Shown here: one piece after another, positions 28,694 to 35,890 of the stretch
How positions within the stretch are numbered: the first letter of the stretch is position 1
Layout: every line of letters starts with the position of its first letter
Assembly: GCA_033721955.1 (NCBI GenBank)
Contig: JAWVZY010000003.1
Span: forward strand, 1 to 35,890
Direction: 5' to 3'
Length of the DNA stretch: 35,890 bases
Source of the DNA: Candidatus Spechtbacterales bacterium
GTDB lineage: Bacteria > Patescibacteriota > Minisyncoccia > Spechtbacterales > 2-12-FULL-38-22
Notes under the pieces: model-generated
What the model saw: only the letters and a program-made list of their open reading frames with translations
The model's database searches: none
Told to the model about the DNA's origin: nothing
Program-made: the position numbers and the translations under genes

Positions 28694-28865
28694 AGAATAT
28701 TGAATACAGTATATAGGATAAATAATAGCAATATACTATATTGTTAGCCATGCAGAGTACATGGAATTTAGCCAAAAAATAAAACATTCTAATCTAAGAA
28801 AGCTTCTGCTTGTGATTATAGCGGGGGTGTTTTTGTTGTATTCTATATTTTATATCCTATATTCT
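28694..28865. repeat. Inverted pair of heptamer tandem arrays flanking start codon 28761
   Basis: AGAATAT TGAATAC AGTATAT AGGATAA (28694-28721) versus GTATTCT ATATTTT ATATCCT ATATTCT (28838-28865). Confidence 0.65.
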
Positions 28866-29750
28866 GCCCCGAGGGCACATGCTGCAGGTATTAGTATATC
28901 CCCCTTAACCTTTGAAATAAATGTAAATCCGGGTGATGTTGTTACAAATTCGCTGCGCGTGCATAATCCAACAGATGGCAGTGTGCAGATAAATATAGAT
29001 GTGGAAAATTTCGCACCAAGGGGCGAGGAAGGAAAGGTTACGGTGAGCGAGGATTTTGGGGAAAGTTACTCTTTGAGGGATTGGCTTATATTAAATCCTT
29101 CGAGTTTTACTATTGGACCCGGGAGCACACAGGTTATTGATTTTACAATACAGGTACCCCGGAATGCTGAACCGGGAGGTCATTATGGCAGTATTTTGGC
29201 TTCAGTTGGCGGGGGTGCGGGAGCCGGTCAATTAGGCATTGCTCAAAAAATAGGTTCTTTGCTTTTGGTTAATGTAGCAGGGCCGGTGGAAGAAAAGATG
29301 TGGGTAAAGAGCATGACTCCTGTTATAGAAACAGCCAAAGATACTTACCAGGATACGGATTTTGTAGAATATGGACCAATTATTATGCGCACTCGCTTTG
29401 AAAACTTAGGAACTGTGCATTTAAAGCCTCGTGGATATGTTTTATTGAAGGATATGTTTGGCAGGGAAGTAGCAAGAGAAGAAATACCTCAGGTTAATGT
29501 TTTGCCAAACTCTATACGGCGGGTTGATATGGAAATGGGTCAAAAATGGATGTTTGGTAAATACACAGCAGATCTTACAGCAATTTATGGTTCAAAGAAT
29601 GAACCCCTTACATTTTCTACGAGTTTTTGGGTTATACCCTGGACTGCGGTGACTTTTGTCGGAATCGGTCTTTTGATATTATTGTGGATACTTATAAAAG
29701 CACGCAAGAGACTAAAACTTGCATTTAAGATATTGTTCCGAGGCGGATAA
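28761..29750 (+). CDS. WxLIP/DUF916-DUF3324-like, chaperone-like protein with C-terminal TM anchor
   Basis: Signal peptide (AHA); 'ISISPLTFE', 'FTIQVPRNAEPGGHYGSI', 'FENLGTVHLKPRG', 'NVLPNSIR', 'GKYTA', 'FWVIPW' then TM. Confidence 0.75.
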   Translation: MEFSQKIKHSNLRKLLLVIIAGVFLLYSIFYILYSAPRAHAAGISISPLTFEINVNPGDVVTNSLRVHNPTDGSVQINIDVENFAPRGEEGKVTVSEDFGESYSLRDWLILNPSSFTIGPGSTQVIDFTIQVPRNAEPGGHYGSILASVGGGAGAGQLGIAQKIGSLLLVNVAGPVEEKMWVKSMTPVIETAKDTYQDTDFVEYGPIIMRTRFENLGTVHLKPRGYVLLKDMFGREVAREEIPQVNVLPNSIRRVDMEMGQKWMFGKYTADLTAIYGSKNEPLTFSTSFWVIPWTAVTFVGIGLLILLWILIKARKRLKLAFKILFRGG

Positions 29751-29784
29751 AAGTAAACACTTATTTTTTAATATTAAAATTTTA

Positions 29785-31176
29785 ATGACTGCTCAGCTTG
29801 GCAGAAAAAAGATATTTATATTAGCAATGGGACTAGGGATAGTCCTAATTTTTTTGTTTAGTTTTACCTTTAGCACACCTATAGCCAGGGCAGATAAGAT
29901 AGATCCTCTTGCAAATACATTGGAAAATTCAGCGCCTGGCGCCGCCTCAAACCATACAATTGTATTTACATTGCCTAGTGGCGTATCTGATGATGATAGT
30001 GTCATGACTTTGAGTTTTAGCCCTGGAGATTTTTTTGACTTGAGCTCACTTGTAGTGGGGCAGGATATAGAAATACAGGATGATGGTACTCCTCTTACAA
30101 CTGAAACAGGGGGGTGTACAACTGAGGATGTTAATATAACGGTTACAGATTCAAGCGATCAAATAGATTTTCAATTTTGTAATGGAAATGGAGGCGCTAT
30201 TGCCGGTGGTAGTCAGGTAACAATTCTTATAGGAACCAATGCTACAGGAGGTGTTAATAAAATAAGTAATCCTACAGAAAATGGTATCTATGTCTTGAGG
30301 GTTACAGGTACGGGTAGCTTTGTAGATGTGGGGAACACTGAATTTTTAATATATAGAGGCGTGGGAATATCTGTAAATATAGGAGGAGAACAAAAACCGG
30401 GAGATAACGATGGGAACGTTTTTTTTGAAGGTAAGGCATATCCGGGTGCTTTTATGACTATTTTAGTAGATGGAGCTGTTTATCATACATTTAGCGCTTT
30501 TGCTGATGGCACATTCAGCGGAGAAGCGCGGAATATACCCTCAGGTATACATGAATTTAGCATATATGCCCAGGATACAGGCGGAAATACATCTCCTACT
30601 TTATCATTTACAATAAATGTTCCAGCCGGCTCCAATATATTTGTTGAAAATATTTTTATACCCCCCACTATTCAATCTAATGCACCCGTTGAAAAAGGGG
30701 AATCATTAGAGCTTTCAGGACAGGCATTTCCCGGCTCAACTGTTTTTTTGTTTATTAATCCGGGCGATGTAGTAGAGCAAGCTGTAGTAGATGCAAGTGG
30801 TAATTGGCTGATATCTATAGATACACAGGGACTTGAGCCGGGAAATTATACAGCGAGTGCAAGAGCAATAACAGATATAGGGGAACAGAGCGATTTTAGC
30901 CAGGTAATTAATTTTGAAATAACCGAGGCACCAGAAGAACCCGAAGAGCCAGAAGAACCCGAGGAGCCCGAGGAGCCGGGCCCTCCAACGCCACAGCCCC
31001 CAAGAGATGACCTTCAATGTCCCGGCGGTGATCTTAACCGAGATGGTATAGTGAATATAGTAGATGTGAGTATCTGGGTATTTTACCTAAATACGGATGA
31101 TTCTTGTGCTGATCAAAATGATGACGGCATAGTTGATATATTTGACTTAAGCATAATAGTTTACTATTGGAGGTAA
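29785..31176 (+). CDS. Secreted protein: major-subunit-like N-domain, two Ig-like domains, (PEE)5 linker and C-terminal dockerin
   Basis: 'NTLENSAPGAASNHTIVF' and 'IGTNA...NP' shared with 27397; duplicated EF-hand-like loops DLNRDGIVNIVDVS and DQNDDGIVDIFDLS at 31030-31176. Confidence 0.8.
   Translation: MTAQLGRKKIFILAMGLGIVLIFLFSFTFSTPIARADKIDPLANTLENSAPGAASNHTIVFTLPSGVSDDDSVMTLSFSPGDFFDLSSLVVGQDIEIQDDGTPLTTETGGCTTEDVNITVTDSSDQIDFQFCNGNGGAIAGGSQVTILIGTNATGGVNKISNPTENGIYVLRVTGTGSFVDVGNTEFLIYRGVGISVNIGGEQKPGDNDGNVFFEGKAYPGAFMTILVDGAVYHTFSAFADGTFSGEARNIPSGIHEFSIYAQDTGGNTSPTLSFTINVPAGSNIFVENIFIPPTIQSNAPVEKGESLELSGQAFPGSTVFLFINPGDVVEQAVVDASGNWLISIDTQGLEPGNYTASARAITDIGEQSDFSQVINFEITEAPEEPEEPEEPEEPEEPGPPTPQPPRDDLQCPGGDLNRDGIVNIVDVSIWVFYLNTDDSCADQNDDGIVDIFDLSIIVYYWR
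30931..30978 (+). repeat. 9-bp coding tandem repeat (PEE)x5
   Basis: CCAGAAGAA CCCGAAGAG CCAGAAGAA CCCGAGGAG CCCGAGGAG CCG. Confidence 0.9.
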
Positions 31177-31186
31177 TTTTTTAAAA

Positions 31187-32389
31187 ATGATAAATAACAG
31201 AACTCAAATTATAAATAAACACCAAATATCAAATTACAAAAATAAAAAGGTTTGGAATTTTGGTATTGTGGCCTGGAGATTATTTGGAATTTGTTTCTTG
31301 GTGCTTGGAGTTTTTGCATTTGTACGAAGTGCTAATGCGGCAACACTCTACATTTTCCCGGATAATGAGAATTTTTATGAGGGTCAAACCTTTAGTGCTG
31401 ATGTGCGGCTTGATACAGAGGGAGAGCGCATAAATGCAGGAGAGATAGAGTTGCAATTAGATGAGGAATCTAAAAATACACTAGAGCTTATCGATTTTAC
31501 AACGGGAAATTCACTTTTTTCCTTAATTGTTGGCGGTCCGGACATAGATACAGAAAATAAGAAGATTTTTTTACAGGCGGCTCATCCGGGTGGTTTTGAA
31601 GGCGATGGGGTTATAGGTACCCTTATATTAAAGGCACTCAATATAGGAGAGGCAAACTTAAGCTTCTCTCAAGAGAGTAAATTAGCTTTGGCCGATGGGG
31701 AGGGAACTCCTGCCGAAGTTAAACTTGAAGAGGCCACCTATATTATAGAAGAAAGGCCCCAGAACCTGCCGATTGTTGAATCTCAAAGTCATCCTATAGA
31801 GAGCCAGTGGGCGGGCGGTACATTTATACGCATGAACTGGGAAGTTAAAGAAGGTGCTACCTACAGTTACGTTTTAAGCAGAAATCCAAATGAAGTGCCC
31901 GATGAGGTGCCCGAAGATGCAGTGGGAGATGTTAAACTTTCAACTAATCAGGAAGGTATATTTTACTTTCATTTGCGCGAATGTATGGCAGGAGGGTGCG
32001 GACCTGTTGCAACTCGCCAGGTTTTGCGCGATGTAAGCCCTCCAAAGGGGTTTGAAATAATACCCGAAACCGAGGCAGGTCGCAGATTTTTAAGTTTTAC
32101 AACCACAGATAATATATCGGGCGTTAGTTATTATGAAATTCTTGAAGGCACACATGTAACCAAAATTAAAAATCCGCCATATATACTAAAAGACCCTCAG
32201 TATAAGGGCAAGATAATAGTAAAGGCCTTTGATAAGGCGGGTAATGTTAGGCAGGCCTCAATTTCGCTTTCTGGGGAGAAAGCTGCATACAACAAGTGGC
32301 TTGTACTTGGTATAATAGTAAGTGTGGCAGGTATTGCGATATTTAATTTTATACGGAAGAGGAGAAAGCTTAACATTAAAAATGAATAA
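31187..32389 (+). CDS. Cohesin-domain membrane-anchored protein
   Basis: Signal ending ANA; 'GQTFSADVRLDTEGERINAGEIEL...GDGVIGTLILKA...G.A.LSF...LADGEGT'; 'SQSHP', 'GIFYFHLR', 'VKAFDKAGN'; C-terminal TM and basic tail. Confidence 0.75.
   Translation: MINNRTQIINKHQISNYKNKKVWNFGIVAWRLFGICFLVLGVFAFVRSANAATLYIFPDNENFYEGQTFSADVRLDTEGERINAGEIELQLDEESKNTLELIDFTTGNSLFSLIVGGPDIDTENKKIFLQAAHPGGFEGDGVIGTLILKALNIGEANLSFSQESKLALADGEGTPAEVKLEEATYIIEERPQNLPIVESQSHPIESQWAGGTFIRMNWEVKEGATYSYVLSRNPNEVPDEVPEDAVGDVKLSTNQEGIFYFHLRECMAGGCGPVATRQVLRDVSPPKGFEIIPETEAGRRFLSFTTTDNISGVSYYEILEGTHVTKIKNPPYILKDPQYKGKIIVKAFDKAGNVRQASISLSGEKAAYNKWLVLGIIVSVAGIAIFNFIRKRRKLNIKNE
31201..31313. repeat. Degenerate heptamer inverted-repeat element inside the signal-peptide coding region
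   Basis: CAAAT/CAAA-rich units (31201-31245) followed by complementary TTTGGAA/TTTGGT/CTTGG units (31251-31313). Confidence 0.55.
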
Positions 32390-34487
32390 GTTATTGAATA
32401 ATTGGGATATTAAAAGGAAGTGGCTTTTTGCCATTGGTCTTTTTGTTTTATTTTCTTTTATCTTCTTTCTCTTGTCTTTGAATTATGCTGACGCCTCAAC
32501 TATTCGCCTTTCACCTGTAAACGGTGCTTATGAGGTGGGTTCAACTTTTGATGTAAGTATACTTTTAGATACAGAGGGCAAAACGGTAAATACGATATGG
32601 GCAAAATTACAATTTCCCCCCGATCGGCTCCAGGTTGTATCACCTACAACAGGCAGGAGTATTATTAGTATTTGGACAACACCTCCTAATTACGATAATG
32701 CAAACGGTACTATAGAATTACAGGGCCTTGTAACTCCAAACGGTATAAATACAAGTCAGGGCCTTGTTACCACTATTACATTTCGCACCAAGCGCCCCGG
32801 AAACGCTTTTGTGCGTTTTAGCGATGAGACAACCGTACTTTTGCATGATGGGCATGGAACGGAGGATCTGCGCCAAGCGCAAGACGGGGTTTATGAGCTT
32901 ATTTTACCTCCTCCCGCAGGCCCTGTTGTTGCCTCAGAGACACACCCGGACCAAACTAAATGGTATACAACCAATTCGGTTTCTTTACGTTGGGCAAGCG
33001 AAGATGAAATAGAGGCATATAGCTATGTTTTAGACCAGCAGCCCCTGACAACACCCGATGATATATCAGAAGGTTTAAAAAATTCTGTTACGTATAGTGA
33101 TTTAGCCGATGGCACTCATTATTTTCATATTAAAGCGCTTCGCGACGATAGCTGGGGGGGTGTAACCCACTTTGCTGTAAATATTGATTCAACTCCTCCC
33201 GTGGAGTTTCCTATAGACATTGTTCCCGAAGCCGAAACTACAGCTCGCCGGCCTGTGATTAATTTTTCTACAACAGATCAGCTTTCGGGCATGGACAGGT
33301 ATGAGATAAAGTTAGTTGCCTTAGATCTTGAGGAAGATGTTCCCGATACACTGCAGGAATTTTTTATAGAGACCACATCTCCTTATAGTCCGCCTGAACT
33401 GGCACTGGGTTCATATGATGTTATTGTGCGCGCCTATGATCAGGCAGGTAATTTTTATGATGCAACACAGCGACTGGAAATAACAACGCGCTTGTTTAAA
33501 ATCATATCTGACGAGGGAATAGAAATTCAGGGAAAAATATTGGTACCCTGGTGGGTTGTATTTTTACTTTTGTTAATAATCCTTATTCTTTTGGGTATAA
33601 TTGCCAGGAACGCTTATAAGCACCATCAGGAGATACATGAACAGGCAGAAAGCAAAGAAATGCCCCAGAATGTAAAGCAACAACTGGAAGAGCTTCAAGA
33701 ATACAGGCAAAGATACGGGCACATGGTTATTGTACTTATGGTTGCTGCATCTTTGTTGCTGAGCCCGGTCTTTTCAGTATTTGCTCAGGATGCCGGGGAG
33801 GTAGTTTCTACAGAAGCCCGGGAAGAGGCAGTGCTTGCTCCGCCTTCAATAACTACAATATCGCGCGATATTTCAAACGAAGAGATTTTTTATGCCGGTG
33901 GCGCAGTTACCTCAGGCGATATGGACGTCTTGCTTTTTGTGCAAAACATGACAACAGGAGAAACCATAAGCCGAATTATTGAACCTGACGAAAACGGTAA
34001 ATGGTTTTATAGACATGGCTCTTTCTTGAGTCCCGGAAGATACGTTATATGGGCTCAAAGCCGTCTTGGAGAGCAGATGAGTCCGCCAAGCCCGCAAGTC
34101 CAGATTGAGGTTCATACAACCGCCTTGCAGTTTGGCTCTACAAGGCTGAGTTATGGCGCCTTATATTTCGCTATAGCCATGTTTTTACTTGTATTAAACG
34201 CTGGTCTTGGAGTGTTTATTGTTATGCATAGAAAAAAGGCAAAACAGAAGCATGCAAGATTAAAAAAGGAAGTGGATGAAGCAGAGGAGAGCATTAGGCG
34301 CGGGTTTGCGATTTTGCGCAAAGATATAGAGGCAGAGCTGGATACAGTTAAAAAAGCCAAAGCAAGTAAAGAAGTTAATAAAGAACTTCAGGAAAAAGAA
34401 CAACAGCTTTTAGCTGATTTAGATGAAATAGAGCGAAAAATAGGGGATGAGATATGGGATGTAGAGCGTAGTGAGCATTTAGATTAA
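32382..34487 (+). CDS. Cohesin-domain multi-pass surface protein with coiled-coil tails
   Basis: 'GSTFDVSILLDTEGKTVN.....LQFPPDRLQV...LLHDGHGT', 'SETHPDQTKWY', 'DGTHYFHIKA', 'VRAYDQAGN'; three hydrophobic segments after the signal peptide; charged helical C-terminus. Confidence 0.78.
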   Translation: MNKLLNNWDIKRKWLFAIGLFVLFSFIFFLLSLNYADASTIRLSPVNGAYEVGSTFDVSILLDTEGKTVNTIWAKLQFPPDRLQVVSPTTGRSIISIWTTPPNYDNANGTIELQGLVTPNGINTSQGLVTTITFRTKRPGNAFVRFSDETTVLLHDGHGTEDLRQAQDGVYELILPPPAGPVVASETHPDQTKWYTTNSVSLRWASEDEIEAYSYVLDQQPLTTPDDISEGLKNSVTYSDLADGTHYFHIKALRDDSWGGVTHFAVNIDSTPPVEFPIDIVPEAETTARRPVINFSTTDQLSGMDRYEIKLVALDLEEDVPDTLQEFFIETTSPYSPPELALGSYDVIVRAYDQAGNFYDATQRLEITTRLFKIISDEGIEIQGKILVPWWVVFLLLLIILILLGIIARNAYKHHQEIHEQAESKEMPQNVKQQLEELQEYRQRYGHMVIVLMVAASLLLSPVFSVFAQDAGEVVSTEAREEAVLAPPSITTISRDISNEEIFYAGGAVTSGDMDVLLFVQNMTTGETISRIIEPDENGKWFYRHGSFLSPGRYVIWAQSRLGEQMSPPSPQVQIEVHTTALQFGSTRLSYGALYFAIAMFLLVLNAGLGVFIVMHRKKAKQKHARLKKEVDEAEESIRRGFAILRKDIEAELDTVKKAKASKEVNKELQEKEQQLLADLDEIERKIGDEIWDVERSEHLD

Positions 34488-34504
34488 ATAATAGAACTAT
34501 TTAT

Positions 34505-34541
34505 TTATCCACAGCTGGGGCTCTTTTTTGGTTGGTATAAT
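34505..34541 (+). promoter_or_regulatory. Perfect DnaA box plus extended -10 promoter
   Basis: TTATCCACA at 34505-34513; TGgTATAAT at 34533-34541. Confidence 0.6.
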
Positions 34542-34600
34542 AAAGATGTAGGTAGAAAACAACCTAAAAAGGTCGTTTTAAGCTATTTAAATAGAATTTT

Positions 34601-35287
34601 ATGATCATACAAACTTGGACAGAAACATTTGTTACCTCAATGCAGGGTCTTTGGGTTTCTTTTGTAAACCTTGTACCTGTTATTGTAGGTGCGTTTGTGG
34701 TATTTGTTTTTGGATGGATAATTGCCTCTGTTTTTGGGCGTGCAGTTACCCGCCTTGCAAAAGCCGCACAACTGGATAAACTTTTTAACCAGCTTGGCGT
34801 CATGAAGCATGTAAGAAAGGCAGGTCTTGAATGGGAAGTTTCAGGATTTCTCGGAGGCCTTGTTGAGTGGTTCTTTATCATTGTTGCCTTTTTGGCGGCA
34901 ATAGATCTTCTGGGCCTTTCACAGCTTTCAAGCTATATAAGAGATATTCTTGTCTATATTCCAAATGTAATAGTAGCAGCTCTTATCTTAATGGTGGCTG
35001 CTGTTGTAGCTAACTTTCTTGAGAAACTTATTAAAGCAAGCTTAAAGGCCACAGACGTAGGCCCTGCTCGCTTTGTTGGTTCAGTAGTTAGATGGAGCGT
35101 TTGGGTATTTGCCGCACTTGCCGCGCTTAACCAGCTTGGTATTGCAAAATCACTCATAGAAATATTGTTTATGGGATTTGTCGCAATGCTCGCTATTGCC
35201 GGAGGACTTGCCTTTGGTCTTGGCGGAAAGGATGTGGCACATGATATGCTGGAGGCAGTTAAGAGAGATGTAACAGGACGCGAATAG
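34601..35287 (+). CDS. CmpX-like / MscS-associated TM-helix repeat membrane protein
   Basis: Repeated 'P.I.GA......GWIIA' and 'IPNVIVAALIL'; 'AL.QLGIA', 'GLAFGLGGK'. Confidence 0.8.
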   Translation: MIIQTWTETFVTSMQGLWVSFVNLVPVIVGAFVVFVFGWIIASVFGRAVTRLAKAAQLDKLFNQLGVMKHVRKAGLEWEVSGFLGGLVEWFFIIVAFLAAIDLLGLSQLSSYIRDILVYIPNVIVAALILMVAAVVANFLEKLIKASLKATDVGPARFVGSVVRWSVWVFAALAALNQLGIAKSLIEILFMGFVAMLAIAGGLAFGLGGKDVAHDMLEAVKRDVTGRE

Positions 35288-35313
35288 GCAAATTTTCAAA
35301 GCATAAGAACTTG

Positions 35314-35346
35314 AGAAAAATCCGGTCTCAGCCGGATTTTTCTTTT
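35314..35346 (+). terminator. Intrinsic terminator
   Basis: AGAAAAATCCGG-tctcag-CCGGATTTTTCT followed by TTT. Confidence 0.8.
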
Positions 35347-35375
35347 GCTTTAAGTATGCCGAAGAGCTATCGGGG

Positions 35376-35404
35376 TTGACACAATTTTTTACTTAGATTA
35401 GAAT
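35376..35404 (+). promoter_or_regulatory. Near-consensus sigma70 promoter for 23S rRNA
   Basis: TTGACA (35376-35381), 17-nt spacer, TAGAAT (35399-35404); boxA-like TGGACTTTAACA near 35507-35518. Confidence 0.8.
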
Positions 35405-35778
35405 ATAGAGTATGCAAAAAAGCTTTATAAACCAAAAAATTCCAAGCGGCTCGTAACCTGCACTTTTAAGGTGCTTATAAGTCAGCCGCTTGAAGCGGCT
35501 TTTTTGATGGACTTTAACAATTGTATCTTCTGTAAAAGGATTAATTCCTAAAACGGTATAAATTTTTCTGTTATCCATACCGGCAGGAGATATTTAACAT
35601 CAAATTTTTTTTACCCCCGGCTTTTTAAAGCAGGGGAGTAAAGAGAACCATGTAATTCCGCGGTGTCCGGCTTTGACCTCATAGAGATTAAAGCCGGACC
35701 CAGAAGCGTATGAGTACCTTTCCGTTCTCATGCGCGTCAAACTAAATCCTCTGCAACTGCGCAGAGGTACTCATTCAA

Positions 35779-35890
35779 ACCGTATTACTCAAGGGCATAC
35801 GGTGGATGCCTTGACACCAAGAAGGGACGAAGGACGTGGCGTAGCTGCGAAAAGCTTCGGGTAGGTGCGTAGCAACCTATGATCCGGAGA
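35779..35890 (+). rRNA. rrl: 23S rRNA, 5' end (runs off the window; start approximate)
   Basis: AAGGGCATACGGTGGATGCCTTG...GAAGGACGTG...GCTGCGAAAAGCTTCGGG...TGATCCGGAGA matches the conserved 5' end of bacterial 23S rRNA. Confidence 0.95.

Noticed and set aside
29719-32381. Track start sites 29719 and 32322 (also 17739 and 22633)
   Set aside because: Downstream ATGs (29785, 32382, 17769, 22663) give proper signal peptides or domain starts with minimal overlap.
445-35157. Numerous 60-150 aa minus-strand ORFs in the track
   Set aside because: All lie antisense to well-supported + strand genes and show no recognisable motifs.
35393-35578. 61-aa minus-strand ORF or a tRNA in the rRNA leader
   Set aside because: The ORF overlaps the rRNA promoter and leader and has no motifs; no cloverleaf or GTTCGA T-loop is visible.

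Overview
AT-rich bacterial window with essentially all real genes on the + strand, standard genetic code (TGA used as stop), many overlapping start/stop codons and few Shine-Dalgarno sites. Gene content suggests a Patescibacteria/CPR (Parcubacteria-like) genome; this is inference only. Layout: (i) <2-4765, the 3' part of a giant acidic Ser/Thr/Gly-rich surface protein gene split by one in-frame TAA, then a WxLIP/DUF916-like membrane-anchored partner and a His-motif exported protein; (ii) 4852-27145, a ~22 kb glycan locus: DUF2061 plus DUF2061-Sat-CysC PAPS synthase, flippase, sulfotransferase, gmhA/hddA/gmhB heptose genes, a WbpB/D/E-like trio, GT2/GT4 enzymes, methyltransferases, a polyprenol-P-mannose synthase, a GT-C enzyme and two DUF2723/TMEM260-like protein O-mannosyltransferases with TPR tails; (iii) 27397-34487, a second surface module: a monocistronic putative major subunit ending in the same 'Q.AG.Y...(I/V).Y..TPTF' terminus as the giant protein, a second WxLIP-like protein, a dockerin-bearing paralog and two membrane-anchored cohesin-like proteins; (iv) a CmpX/MscS-like membrane protein and the 5' end of a 23S rRNA gene with its own promoter and no adjacent 16S gene. 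The best candidate for an undescribed system is an usher-less, sortase-less, donor-strand-type surface filament (tip adhesin + major subunit + dockerin base + cohesin membrane anchors + dedicated chaperone-like proteins) with an embedded O-glycosylation/sulfation pathway. All family assignments come from motif recognition by eye, not from database searches.
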